This document shows, one piece after another, positions 39,116 through 49,900 of a DNA stretch of 64,000 bases. Both the position numbers and the translations under genes were made by a program. The notes under the pieces are model-generated. The model ran no database searches and was not told the DNA's origin. It was given only the letters and a program-made list of their open reading frames with translations. Numbering within the stretch: the first letter of the stretch is position 1; each line of letters begins with the position of its first letter. The DNA is from Giardia intestinalis (lineage: Eukaryota), in the NCBI GenBank assembly GCA_000002435.2, contig CM018793.1. One strand, given 5' to 3'.

Positions 39116-42100
39116 ATGGTATCTCAGATAGTTGCTTGGCCGCCAGAGGCAATGGCTGTCATAGATGATTTGTCCAGAAAGTGTCTCTTCCAAAGGAAAT
39201 TGATAATTCAGATTTCTGACAAGCACGCTGCGGAAAGGGAGCTTTTCGTGGAGAAGTTTAGGCAGTACAGGGAGCAGGTTGAAGAGTACATCAAAAAGTT
39301 GCAGACTTCTTACGCTGAAACTCTTATCGATTTGATTTCAAATAGAGAAAACATTTTATCGCAGCTGCAATGTGATGACGAGACCGATCCACAACGGAAT
39401 CAAACATCAGAACAGCAGCCATCTCTCCTTCTAGAGGATGATCATCAGGCAGCAAACTCGAGCTCCTACAGGCAACTATTAGCTAAGTTGCGTGCTGAGC
39501 TAGACCCAAGTGTTTCCAAGGATGTGGATCTCTCCTCATCCGTAGATGTTGTTGGCTCGTTGGCTTTACAGCAGCACTTGGACACACCACTCTCCAAGCT
39601 CCAAGAACAGTTTGTGACATCGCTTCTACAGCATGATTTTAATGATCAGGTTCGGTGCATTGCTGAAGAATACCGCCTGTTGCTACGTGAGTCTACGGAA
39701 AAGTACACAGAGGCAAAGCTCTCTTTAGAACAAGTCCAACTTGCGTTAAGAGCAAAGGAATCCGAAAACACTGTTCTCCGCGCTAAGCTAAAAAAGTACA
39801 TTATGATGGACGGAGGTCTAAGGAAGATTGGCAACGAGGTGGTCAATTTCAACTCCATCGTCTCAAACGCCCTTTCCGGCGCTCCAATACGAACCTCAAT
39901 TAGCACAGAAAAGAAGAACTCCTCCAAGTCGCGCATTACAAGAAGATCAGTTTCCTTAGCTGCTATGGGGCGGTCTGCAACGGTGGGCTCCCTGCGGTTT
40001 TCTGACCCTGATATCATTCTCTCTCATGCCACGATGATAGCAGAAAAGTGCGATAATGGACTAGATGGAAGGACACTAGATGAGCCTATGGGTCCTAAGC
40101 CCGAGTACCACTTTCGAAAGACGCGACACAGGAAGCTTATAGAGCACCCGGATAGTCAGGAATTCCGAGGAACACCTATTGCTCCAACTAATAGTATAGT
40201 AATCAATGTGCCATGTTCTTCGGCCACCCAATTAGATATGACAGCAGAACTCCGGAGAAGCGTAGAGCACAATGCCCCTTGTAGCCTCTCTGCTACCGAT
40301 TATTCACAGGCAAATGCAAATACGACAGTAGTTAGATGTACGCTATCCGATGCTCACTCGGGAATCATGCTTGAAGACCTTCAATCACTCACCGACGCAG
40401 AGAGAGATACAGCTTCTCTCAGATTAGCAACAGTTGCGGTGGGTGATGAGATTCCCTACCAGAGTATCTCAATCACTACAACCCATGATTTTGAGATTCG
40501 TGGGGAGCAAGTTGTACTGACACAATATAATGATCCTCTTTTAACTTGTCCTAACCCAGATCTCAAGTCGTCTATGGACAGCCTTTCCAGCTTGTCCACG
40601 TGTCCCGAAAATAGTCAGTCAATCTTCCAGTCTATCGGAGACACCCTTAAGTCTCTCTTAGTTAGGGCAGACTCCACATCCAAGACACCCAAATCTTATC
40701 CAGTCCGCTCTACCATAGATTCCTGCGAGACTGCCAAAGAAACTGACGACAAGCTCACTGACTTCTGTACCGCACAAATCTCGTTAGCGGACGCAAAGGC
40801 TCAACGACTACGCATGTATCATCTGATGCGATCTGCTGTCAATAAACAGACCTCTGCCGATGAGGATGTTCTCTCTCAATCGGCAGTAAAGCTACTCAAA
40901 GACTTTTCTGCACCACCTAACTTTTCTGTGGAGATACCTAAACCATGCGCATCCAATACCAATAACTTGCAAACAGGCCTTTTATTGCAGGTAGATAAGT
41001 GCGCACTAAAGGTAGAAAATGAAGCTGGGGAAATAGAAACGCAGGTGTTCTACGACAAAAAGATTCATACATCAGTGCTACCATTTTTGATGTCAACCAA
41101 TATTACGCACCGGCAATTGATCGAAAGACTTAGTCTTCTCGAAAAACGACGCAAAGAGCATGATAGCGAGCTTGTTAATTCACATGCCCTTATGAGCGCC
41201 GCAATAGCAGAGCGCAGAGAGGCCGTTTTGGGAAAAGAACGCCTTGAACGCCAGATGCTTGCAGTCATCAAGGAACGTGACGTTCTCATGCAGAGCTATG
41301 AAAACCGATTGAACAGCCTGCAATTCAACCTTAAGGACTCTACTGAGCGTGCTACCGTACTCCACCGGGAATGCGCCGAACTAGGTGCCAATCTCCAAGC
41401 AGAAAAGGAACGATATTTTCTTCTAGAGGAGAAGTACGATAGGCTGGCCACCACAGTGCGAGAAGATGTCTTAAGCGAAATGAAGCAAATCGAGAACGCA
41501 ACCATTGGTCGCTTACAAGCAGATATTGTGTTCTATAAAGACAATCTTCAATTGTCGGAAGCACGAATCATTGAGTTAGCAAGGATAAACACTCGCCTGG
41601 AGCAGACAAATAGTGAGCTCAAGGTGGATGTACTTAAGCAGACCTTGCACAAGGACCAGCTGAAGCAAAGGCTGCGTGACGAGCTGATTATTGAATATGG
41701 TAGGCGCATACACACTCTCGAGGAACAAATTGAGCAAGATGAGAAAAGATACAACGAAAAACTGAAGGAGGTCGGAGAACTTACAGATGCCATTTACAGA
41801 TTGAGGGCTGACCTGGACTTCCTAACTGAAGAGAACGCACACATGCATGTCAGTATGCATTCTCTTAGCACAGAAATGGCTGACATGGTTCAAAAGCATC
41901 ATACAAGTGAGTCTGATAGAAGGGCTCTTTATGTAAAATATTCTAATCTGCAGCAAGAGGCCACTGCCCTAAGAACAGAGAGAGATGCATTAGCAACAGA
42001 GCTCACAACAGTAACAACCACGCGCGAGGAACAGACAGCCGCGCTTCAACAGATAATAGATGCATATCGAGTTAAGTATCTTTTGGCCTTAAAGCGCACG

Positions 42101-45100
42101 ACTTCTTCTGGTAAAGACGCAGATTCGTTGTGTCTTATGGTAGAAAAGGTGCACAACCACGCTAATTCCGTGTTATTAGAAAATGCTAAGGAGCTGGAAG
42201 AACTCAATGACTATTCTTCTAGGCTCAAAGAGCTTCAGAATGATACTAGGCAACAGAGTAGGTGCTCTTATGATAGCTTCTCATTTTCTCGCGACAATAG
42301 ATCTGCCTCAGGCCTGTTTTGCAACAAGCATGTCACAATTAATCTGGACCAACTGACGGAAATAAAGGAAACACCTCTTTCTAGAAAGGTGTTCAAAAGC
42401 GAAAATTTAAATGGAAGCGATGTGGAGGATGTATTTCAATCTCCAGATGGGAGTACAATATCTGATGTGTCTACCTTATGTGACAAGGACCTTTCCATTG
42501 GTACTAGTAAGCAAGATGTTAGCGCACACCAAGCACTCCTTCAACACAGGCGCAGAAAAAGCGTGACTGTCAACAGCGGCATTGTAGTCACCAACCAAAC
42601 TATCGGCTTAACGTACTCTGGTCTTAAGGTTGAGTCTGCCGTAGGCGTGTCCGGTGTTGCAGCACTAGGAGTTGCAGTACAAACAGAGGCACAGAGCCTT
42701 CTAGTCACTCGAGGCGTTAATTGTCGTGTTGAAAATTCTATGGAAACAATAGGAATTCAAGTTGCATTGCCCTTAGTTTCCGTGTTAAGTGACTCTGACC
42801 TTCTGGCGGAAGCGTATGATCAAGTCGAGAGGCTACGCATGGAGAAGCGGGTGGAGGCAGATTCTCACGGTGCAGTCATGAAGACTGCGCGTGACCGAAT
42901 GCAGTCTTTAGAAACAGAGCTACTCTCTCAGGTTCATACTAAGGAGACCCTTGCAGCTACAGTAGCAGATTTAAAGCAGCAGCTTGACACACTGAACAGA
43001 GAATATTCTAGCTACCGGCAGCAACACGAATCAGCTTCGATGTTTGCCTTGCAAACATCTCCTTCTGGTGCTGCACAGACAGTATCCATAGCGATGATTG
43101 AGAAACTCTCACACGACATCATTGACGCCATTGCCAATCAAGAGCAAGAATTACTGCGTAAGATCTCTCTGCTTAGTAATCATCTTTCTTCACTCCTGGA
43201 TTCCAGAATAGCTAATATTACAATATCGGCAGGTGTCCTCAATTCACCTCAACTCCAAGGTGCAATGCTAGATAGTCCCAGGACATCTACTTTAGCAGAA
43301 CCTCTATCGAATAAAGCCACTGAAACTAGCATATTCATCGTAGCTGCACGTGTATCTTGTGGAACCCAGACTACGCTATATTCCAATGTGGTGTCAGACA
43401 ACTCTAACTGCAAGAAGATAGAAGAGTGTGGCTTGACTCGATTAGCTCCTCCCAGTACAGCAGACCCTCAAATTGATGTGCATGCGTCTCAGCTAGATAT
43501 AAATTACGAGCTATTCGACTCAGCTACAGATTTACCTGCTTCAGAAGGTTCAGGGAATGGTTGCAATATCTTGCTGTCCTTCGATGCAGATCAGCGAGCG
43601 CCTATTCCAAATCATGAATGTCCTCTAAAGGGAATGGACCCCCCTGCAAATACCCTTCTCTCGACAATCACAGATACAAATGAGGATGATTCTGCCGCAT
43701 TTGTTAAGCCTCGCATCCACGAGCAAGACCTATCTGCAAAATCTCCAGGTGCTCCTGCAGCAGTCACATTCGTGCATCGAGCTGGCGAACTTTCGCATCT
43801 AATGACAAACTGGGCAAATGAAGAACAGGATACTCTAAGAGATCAAGAGCATGATACAATCTCCACTACTTCTAGGTGTACACTACCATCTCAGTCCTTC
43901 TTTGATGGTTCAGTTAGACAATATGAAGCCGATTCTAATTACCCTACAAGCAACGATCCACCCTGTTTGCTGGGCAGTGTCCTGCACACATCTGTTCCGC
44001 AAGATAACCATTCGCTGTACTCCTCGCAATCAAGTAGCTCCTCTGTAATGCAGTTTTCTTTCAAGACAGAAGAGCTCCTAGTGGCAACAACTAACTTAGA
44101 TGAAGATCCGGTCGAGGCAAGACAACATTCTATTGAAGAGTACTATTACGCCAACGAGTCAAGGTTCAATCATGCGCTAGTGAAGATCAATGCTACCAAC
44201 CACGCTCACACTGACCTTGCTACGTCTAATACGCGCTGCAAAGCGGTGGTAACGATTGATATAGAACTTAACATGTTACGATTAGCGTGTAGCGGAGACC
44301 TAATTTTGCCTGAGTCACATGACGACTTCTGTATTGAAAATGATGAGCTTTCACCGATAGCTCTTTTAGAATCTCTCGGCATCTTTGAACAAGAGAACAT
44401 TTGCAAATATTGCGGAGCGTATAAGGACCTGGATCGATATTCTTCCATGAACATAGAAAGATATGCGGTTGCTATGCAACAAGCTCATGAACGCAAAGAG
44501 ACTGAAGTGCTATCTCTGCCTGAAAAACCCAACTACGTCGATGCCTTAGAGGAGTTGGAGACTTTCAGCAACGAGCAGAAGATTGGAATGAAACTTCAGC
44601 CGATTTCGGCACCACAAAATCCTATTCTTCTCGATAAGTATGCACACTATCCCCTGATGACCTCGTCGCTGCTTCTCAAGCGTCATCTATGCAATGAAAA
44701 AGGAGGCGTTCCCGGCAAGCGCCTATGTATTGGCTGCCCTATCATTACCACTAACAAGGTTGAGTACATTGACTCTTTAAACGCATATGCATTCGCCCAT
44801 GACTATGAGCGGGAACGTGATAAGTTAACTCTTGAAGATTGGTATTGCTCATCAATTCGCCGAGAGCAGTTACATCAAGAGATTTTGTCCAAGTATGATA
44901 ACCTTCCCATTCCTAGGCGCGATTCTGCCGCTGGGCTGATGCCAAGCAAAGGTCTTGCTTACGCTGACATACCATATTCTGCCAGCAAACTTCAAGTAGC
45001 CACGATCATCGAGGTCCTCCACCAACGCCTAGACGAGTTACAGCGGCTAAATGGAATCCTCTTGTTTGATAATAAAGCATTGCAGGTCAAGCTTTGCGAG

Positions 45101-45910
45101 GACGAGAAGATGCTTTCAATCATTTTTGGCCGTAGCTATAACGGAACAATTACTTCTGCCGATATATTGCTTGGTCGTCCAGCAGATACTACCGGATACA
45201 CAAGGGAAGATTTCGAGCGATATCGCCTTGTCCTGAGAGAGACGCTGCACCGTCAGGCTCGCCCAAAGACGGCAGGAACTATCTCAGAGATTAAGAAATC
45301 GATAAAGAGGCCTATTAGTGCATATCCCTCAGGCTCATCTTCAGTGTTGCAGAAAGAACTCAGTACCCATTATGGGCTGTCCGTCACCGATAGCGCTGTG
45401 CACACAGTCAGGGACCTTGTGGAAATGAGACGGCCTACCTCACTGAGCTCTCCAGTCCGAGATGCTATGAGTTTTTCCCATCGAATCGCGCCCATTTCAC
45501 ACCACCCCGCTCATCAGCGTTCTTTTGCGATTCTTCGAAGACCCTGTGACACACCTATCGATAAGGACACTCCATCCACCCATGTCTCCAAGACTTCAAA
45601 GTTAACAATTGTAAGTACTTTGCCGACAATCTCGAGAGAAGCAGTAGCATTAGATCCTCCACCAATTTATGAGGATGGTCTAATATCAAGGGTATCGCAT
45701 GCTTTTACTAGACGTCCCTCACCGTCTAGAGGTTGTTCTACCTCCATACAGAATATCCCACCTATAAAGCCACCTTCTAACCATCAGACTCCAAGGCGAA
45801 GCAGATCGAAACCAGTCGCCTCTCTGTCCATATACTATCGTGATCTTTCTCCCTCCACTAGCGGTCCCGTTGACAAGCAATATAGATCCTATGTCTCTCC
45901 TGTAGATTAG
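39116..45910 (+). CDS. Giant coiled-coil / low-complexity protein, 2264 aa (hypothetical)
   Basis: Continuous ORF from the ATG at 39116. Extended heptad-like segments run about 41.1-43.2 kb (e.g. 'LEQTNSELKVDVLKQTLHKDQLKQRLRDELIIEYGRRIHTLEEQIEQDEKRYNEKLKEV'). Confidence 0.8.
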   Translation: MVSQIVAWPPEAMAVIDDLSRKCLFQRKLIIQISDKHAAERELFVEKFRQYREQVEEYIKKLQTSYAETLIDLISNRENILSQLQCDDETDPQRNQTSEQQPSLLLEDDHQAANSSSYRQLLAKLRAELDPSVSKDVDLSSSVDVVGSLALQQHLDTPLSKLQEQFVTSLLQHDFNDQVRCIAEEYRLLLRESTEKYTEAKLSLEQVQLALRAKESENTVLRAKLKKYIMMDGGLRKIGNEVVNFNSIVSNALSGAPIRTSISTEKKNSSKSRITRRSVSLAAMGRSATVGSLRFSDPDIILSHATMIAEKCDNGLDGRTLDEPMGPKPEYHFRKTRHRKLIEHPDSQEFRGTPIAPTNSIVINVPCSSATQLDMTAELRRSVEHNAPCSLSATDYSQANANTTVVRCTLSDAHSGIMLEDLQSLTDAERDTASLRLATVAVGDEIPYQSISITTTHDFEIRGEQVVLTQYNDPLLTCPNPDLKSSMDSLSSLSTCPENSQSIFQSIGDTLKSLLVRADSTSKTPKSYPVRSTIDSCETAKETDDKLTDFCTAQISLADAKAQRLRMYHLMRSAVNKQTSADEDVLSQSAVKLLKDFSAPPNFSVEIPKPCASNTNNLQTGLLLQVDKCALKVENEAGEIETQVFYDKKIHTSVLPFLMSTNITHRQLIERLSLLEKRRKEHDSELVNSHALMSAAIAERREAVLGKERLERQMLAVIKERDVLMQSYENRLNSLQFNLKDSTERATVLHRECAELGANLQAEKERYFLLEEKYDRLATTVREDVLSEMKQIENATIGRLQADIVFYKDNLQLSEARIIELARINTRLEQTNSELKVDVLKQTLHKDQLKQRLRDELIIEYGRRIHTLEEQIEQDEKRYNEKLKEVGELTDAIYRLRADLDFLTEENAHMHVSMHSLSTEMADMVQKHHTSESDRRALYVKYSNLQQEATALRTERDALATELTTVTTTREEQTAALQQIIDAYRVKYLLALKRTTSSGKDADSLCLMVEKVHNHANSVLLENAKELEELNDYSSRLKELQNDTRQQSRCSYDSFSFSRDNRSASGLFCNKHVTINLDQLTEIKETPLSRKVFKSENLNGSDVEDVFQSPDGSTISDVSTLCDKDLSIGTSKQDVSAHQALLQHRRRKSVTVNSGIVVTNQTIGLTYSGLKVESAVGVSGVAALGVAVQTEAQSLLVTRGVNCRVENSMETIGIQVALPLVSVLSDSDLLAEAYDQVERLRMEKRVEADSHGAVMKTARDRMQSLETELLSQVHTKETLAATVADLKQQLDTLNREYSSYRQQHESASMFALQTSPSGAAQTVSIAMIEKLSHDIIDAIANQEQELLRKISLLSNHLSSLLDSRIANITISAGVLNSPQLQGAMLDSPRTSTLAEPLSNKATETSIFIVAARVSCGTQTTLYSNVVSDNSNCKKIEECGLTRLAPPSTADPQIDVHASQLDINYELFDSATDLPASEGSGNGCNILLSFDADQRAPIPNHECPLKGMDPPANTLLSTITDTNEDDSAAFVKPRIHEQDLSAKSPGAPAAVTFVHRAGELSHLMTNWANEEQDTLRDQEHDTISTTSRCTLPSQSFFDGSVRQYEADSNYPTSNDPPCLLGSVLHTSVPQDNHSLYSSQSSSSSVMQFSFKTEELLVATTNLDEDPVEARQHSIEEYYYANESRFNHALVKINATNHAHTDLATSNTRCKAVVTIDIELNMLRLACSGDLILPESHDDFCIENDELSPIALLESLGIFEQENICKYCGAYKDLDRYSSMNIERYAVAMQQAHERKETEVLSLPEKPNYVDALEELETFSNEQKIGMKLQPISAPQNPILLDKYAHYPLMTSSLLLKRHLCNEKGGVPGKRLCIGCPIITTNKVEYIDSLNAYAFAHDYERERDKLTLEDWYCSSIRREQLHQEILSKYDNLPIPRRDSAAGLMPSKGLAYADIPYSASKLQVATIIEVLHQRLDELQRLNGILLFDNKALQVKLCEDEKMLSIIFGRSYNGTITSADILLGRPADTTGYTREDFERYRLVLRETLHRQARPKTAGTISEIKKSIKRPISAYPSGSSSVLQKELSTHYGLSVTDSAVHTVRDLVEMRRPTSLSSPVRDAMSFSHRIAPISHHPAHQRSFAILRRPCDTPIDKDTPSTHVSKTSKLTIVSTLPTISREAVALDPPPIYEDGLISRVSHAFTRRPSPSRGCSTSIQNIPPIKPPSNHQTPRRSRSKPVASLSIYYRDLSPSTSGPVDKQYRSYVSPVD

Positions 45911-45934
45911 CTACTGTAGACTGTCTCTGCAAAA

Positions 45935-46891
45935 ATGTCCACCGTGTGCTGTCTGGCCTTGAGTCTGGCAATCCTGCTCTGCTTATGGCTCTGTAAGATA
46001 TTTATCATCCCATTATTTACTCTATCTGACAGAAAAGCGTCCAAACGCATCCGTTCATACATGCAAGATTCCTTAGAGCCTACATCCACGGGGACTGCAC
46101 GTCCGTTTGCCCTTATCACAGGAGCTACTGGATCTGTGGGGTCGGCATTTGCTGAATATCTCGCTAAAGAAGGTTATTCACTCGTCCTAACCGGAAGGTC
46201 TGAAGATCTACTTGAATCAGCTGCTAAAACCCTATCGGCAAAATTCCCTGCGGTAACTGTATTGACTAGAACATGTGATCTGGGTTCTCGTGCATCCATC
46301 TGTGACTTAGTTGAATCGCTTAATGAAATAAATGTTGCAGTGCTTATTAATAATGCAGGAGCCATCAACATCCTTCCTGACGATACGTTAGACATCTCAC
46401 CGGAAACTCTAGAGAGTATTGTCGCGGTAAATGTTCAAGGTACTACCCTTCTCACCCGTCTTATACTCCCAAAGCTGAAGACACGGAAAAATAGCTTGAT
46501 TGTTTTCATGGGCAGCATCAATGGCACCCTGCCTTGTCCGATGGTAGCGTGCTATAGTGCATCCAAAGCATATACACACGCATTTGGCATTGCTTTACAA
46601 GAGGAGCTTAGGCCTGCCGCCATAACCGTGCTTGTGGCGGCTCCGGCGTGGATTGCATCCAATATGACGCTCACTAAGCGAACAGGCCTATTATTTATAT
46701 CTCCAGATCACTTCGTCCGTTGTCTCTTCAAGGCGAGATGGAGCTCCACGGTTGTTAATCCATACTATTTTCATCGTATTATGACGAGTGTCCTGGGTAC
46801 ACTTCCAGAAAGGCTGCGTGTGAAGATTCAGTATCTTCAGCTTACTGACATACGCTCTAGGATCCAGCGAAAATTGGAAAAAGACAAGTGA
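45935..46891 (+). CDS. Short-chain dehydrogenase/reductase (SDR) with N-terminal membrane anchor; 3-ketoacyl-CoA reductase / 17beta-HSD12-like, 318 aa
   Basis: TGxxxGxG 'ITGATGSVGSAFA'; 'NNAG' motif 'LINNAGAIN'; catalytic YxxxK 'YSASKAY'. N-terminal TM 'LALSLAILLCLWLCKIFIIPLF'. ATG in 'ctgcaaaaATG'; an AGTGAAC motif overlaps the TGA stop. Confidence 0.85.
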   Translation: MSTVCCLALSLAILLCLWLCKIFIIPLFTLSDRKASKRIRSYMQDSLEPTSTGTARPFALITGATGSVGSAFAEYLAKEGYSLVLTGRSEDLLESAAKTLSAKFPAVTVLTRTCDLGSRASICDLVESLNEINVAVLINNAGAINILPDDTLDISPETLESIVAVNVQGTTLLTRLILPKLKTRKNSLIVFMGSINGTLPCPMVACYSASKAYTHAFGIALQEELRPAAITVLVAAPAWIASNMTLTKRTGLLFISPDHFVRCLFKARWSSTVVNPYYFHRIMTSVLGTLPERLRVKIQYLQLTDIRSRIQRKLEKDK

Positions 46892-46908
46892 ACTTACAAT
46901 GCAGCAAG

Positions 46909-49900
46909 CTATTCTTCTATCAGATCCATGAACGCTTGCTCGAAGCGGCAAGATTCAATAGTCCAGTAGTGTGAAGAGAGAATTTCAATGCGATCTAGAT
47001 CTAGCAGTACATCTGCAAGTAAGGAATTGGCTCCAAACATATATGTTACACAGCCGGTAGACTCTGACAACGTATGTCCGATAAGGCACGCGCCGCTTGG
47101 GGTTGCGTAGATCTTTTCGGTGTAACAAGATGCTAAAGATGCCAACTCTATGCCTGTCAGGAGAGAATGTACAGGCTCTATAGCCGAGCTGCTTGGCTGC
47201 AAAGCCACGGTCACGGAAAACTTTACCTTGCTACGACTACAGATTTCTGCCATGGTTCCTAGTGCGACAATCTCTCCTGATTTCATGATGCAGCACCTAT
47301 CTGCAAGGGCTTCTACTTCCTGCATGTCGTGCGTTGTCAGCATCATCGTGCGGCAGACACCGCGGCTTGCGATAATAGCCTTCCAAATGTCTGTCTTCAT
47401 GCGACTAGAGAGACCTGTGGTGATCTCATCAAGGCAAACCAAAGAGGGGGATGACACTATGACCATTGCAAGTGTAAGCCGGCGCTGCATACCTCCCGAA
47501 AGCTCCCTAGCGCGTTTGTGCATGTGGTCATACAATTCAACTGTCTGCAATACAACATGAATGCTCTTGATGTTTGGCCTCAAGTTCTTAGATGTTATAC
47601 CGGCCATGATAATCATGTGATCGAGTACAGTGAATTCTGGGTAGAGCAAGTCGTCCTGAGGAATGATTGTGAGGAGCTCTCCGTGACGCGTGGTCGGGTT
47701 GAATAGATTGACTTTGTGGGAGTCCTTATCGTTACGAATACACATTGCAGTCCCCCTAGTTGGGACGTGAAGCCCTGTGAGTGCGTGCATAAGCGTTGAC
47801 TTTCCTGCCCCATTCCCACCTAGAAGAGCGAAAACCTCTCCGTCGGCAATGCTAAAAGATATATCCTTTATCGCCACATTGCCACTTGGGTACTTATGAA
47901 AAACATTTTTGATATCCAAATGCGCTCTCTTGGCTGTGCTTTCGTTTAAGGAATAAGTAGACAAAGTACTAAACACACTTTGCATGGGCGTGCGAGTAAG
48001 TGCAAAGTCGTCTGCTGATCTTTCCAAAAATGTGGAGGTATGCATGGTGGATACGGAGGCAAAGGTATCTGGAAGTGTCGTGAAACTGGTGTATATCCTC
48101 GGGTCCTGAACATCTTGTTTGTGTACTGTAGAGCTGGACTTACATGCAGTGCACGTAGCACAACCATCGATGAAATATATAGCAACGAAGCAGAATCCTA
48201 GATGCACAAGGAAAATAGCAACACATGTAATAATCGGGCCTACATTAATGAATCCAAAAGAGACAGTATAGGTCAGCTCCCAAAAGACACCCAGCGACGG
48301 CAAAACAAGACTTAGCGCTAGAGATATAGGTTCATTCATTTTGATAATAGAACAGTAGATGATATTGATAAAGACTACAATAGAGATAAGAAGGATTGCC
48401 AACCGTACCTGTTTCACTAAGAGGGCAATAAGAATAGAATAAGTCGTACAATTGAAGCTGGCTAGTAAGTACAGAAATAGCAGGCACAAAATGGTTGTGG
48501 GAGGATTGCTCCACAAGAAGGCGGGTATAGACACAGAGAGAATCAGAATGCAGAGAAATGATGCTACAAAGGACCAGAGGGTGTAGTAGAGAATATGCGA
48601 TCCCAAGAATAGATGCTTGGAGATATTATGAAGTAGGAAGACCCGCAGTAATCGGTCTTCAATCTCGCGTGCCACCCGAATGCCTACTATTATCATTGGA
48701 ACAAGGAATACAAAAGGCATGACATAAGAAGTAAGAAGCTCCATCTGGCGCAGAAGCATAATGTGGTCACTTGGAAATGCAAATCTCGGATTTGAGAAAT
48801 ATGGCATCACTTGAACCTTGGCAGTATAGGTGAAGCTATACGCTACTGTCAGCGCTTGGTCATAAGAGGTGCCTCTCCCTAACTCAGCCTTCATGATGTC
48901 ACGCCGAAAGATAGAGCCAACAAATCTCACAACTTGATCAAGCATTGGAACAGCAAGGGAAGGGTCGATACGAAGGGGGTTCTGAAGCATATTGTATCCC
49001 AACGCACCAACACCACCGAAATACGGGAAGGCAGGCATGTTTGCACGATGGTTTGTGTTGTTGAATCTTAGATTGATATAGGTATTGGAGAAGCCGCGAT
49101 TTTGAGTCCCCATAGGAGGCAGGGGCCCATATAGTGTAAAGCTAAGCGCGTTCGGCGCAGATGATGAATGGATAGCAATCACTGCAGTGGGCATCCGCAT
49201 GAAGGCATCTCGGACAATAGAGATCCGCTTGGAAACATTCAGCGCCTCTGTTTGATCGGCATAGTTAACGGTCTTAGCCTGACCGTCATAGAACTCACGC
49301 ATCATACTCCGTACTGTTGAGAAATACACTATCCCTTCGTCTCTATAGATGCAGCTTTTTGCTTGGGTATCACTGGGACAGTCTCCAGAGGCCAACACCT
49401 TATATTCCGAGCCAGAGGGAATAAGACACTCGTACCTAGCTACAGATAAAATTGTCTTCGGAAAGTAATAGCTAAAGACGTTGTCTTCGTCCGTAGCCGG
49501 GGTCCTAAACTCCATTACACTATTAAGGCCATAAAATGGTGTGATAGTATCGTATGTGCTTAAGGGAATAATCCACTCCTGCGGCAATTTCATCTTGCTT
49601 AAAAGCAAAGTGAAGTCATCGCCCGGCCCTGTGTCTGTCTTCAGGCTGCGTAGCTCCACGCCACCCAGGTGAGGGTACCCAGCACTTCCAACCATTTTGC
49701 CCAACCAAGTTGGTGGCGCCTCCTCTGTTATCACTCCAAGATAGGCCCAATCGGCAATAGAAGAGTCCAGACCTTGCTGGGGCTGAATGTAAGCTCCGTC
49801 GCCAAGGACGTAGTATGAGGTGTTTGCTATGTCTAAGCCAAGAAACTTTGCATAGCTCTGACATACGGGAAGAGAACCCATATATTGGTAAAATGGCGCA

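Noticed and set aside
45908-45937. SDR gene in frame with the upstream 2264-aa ORF (possible fusion)
   Set aside because: Two in-frame stops (TAG at 45908 and 45920) and a clean AT-rich initiator before the SDR ATG argue for separate genes. The 24-bp spacing is typical for Giardia.
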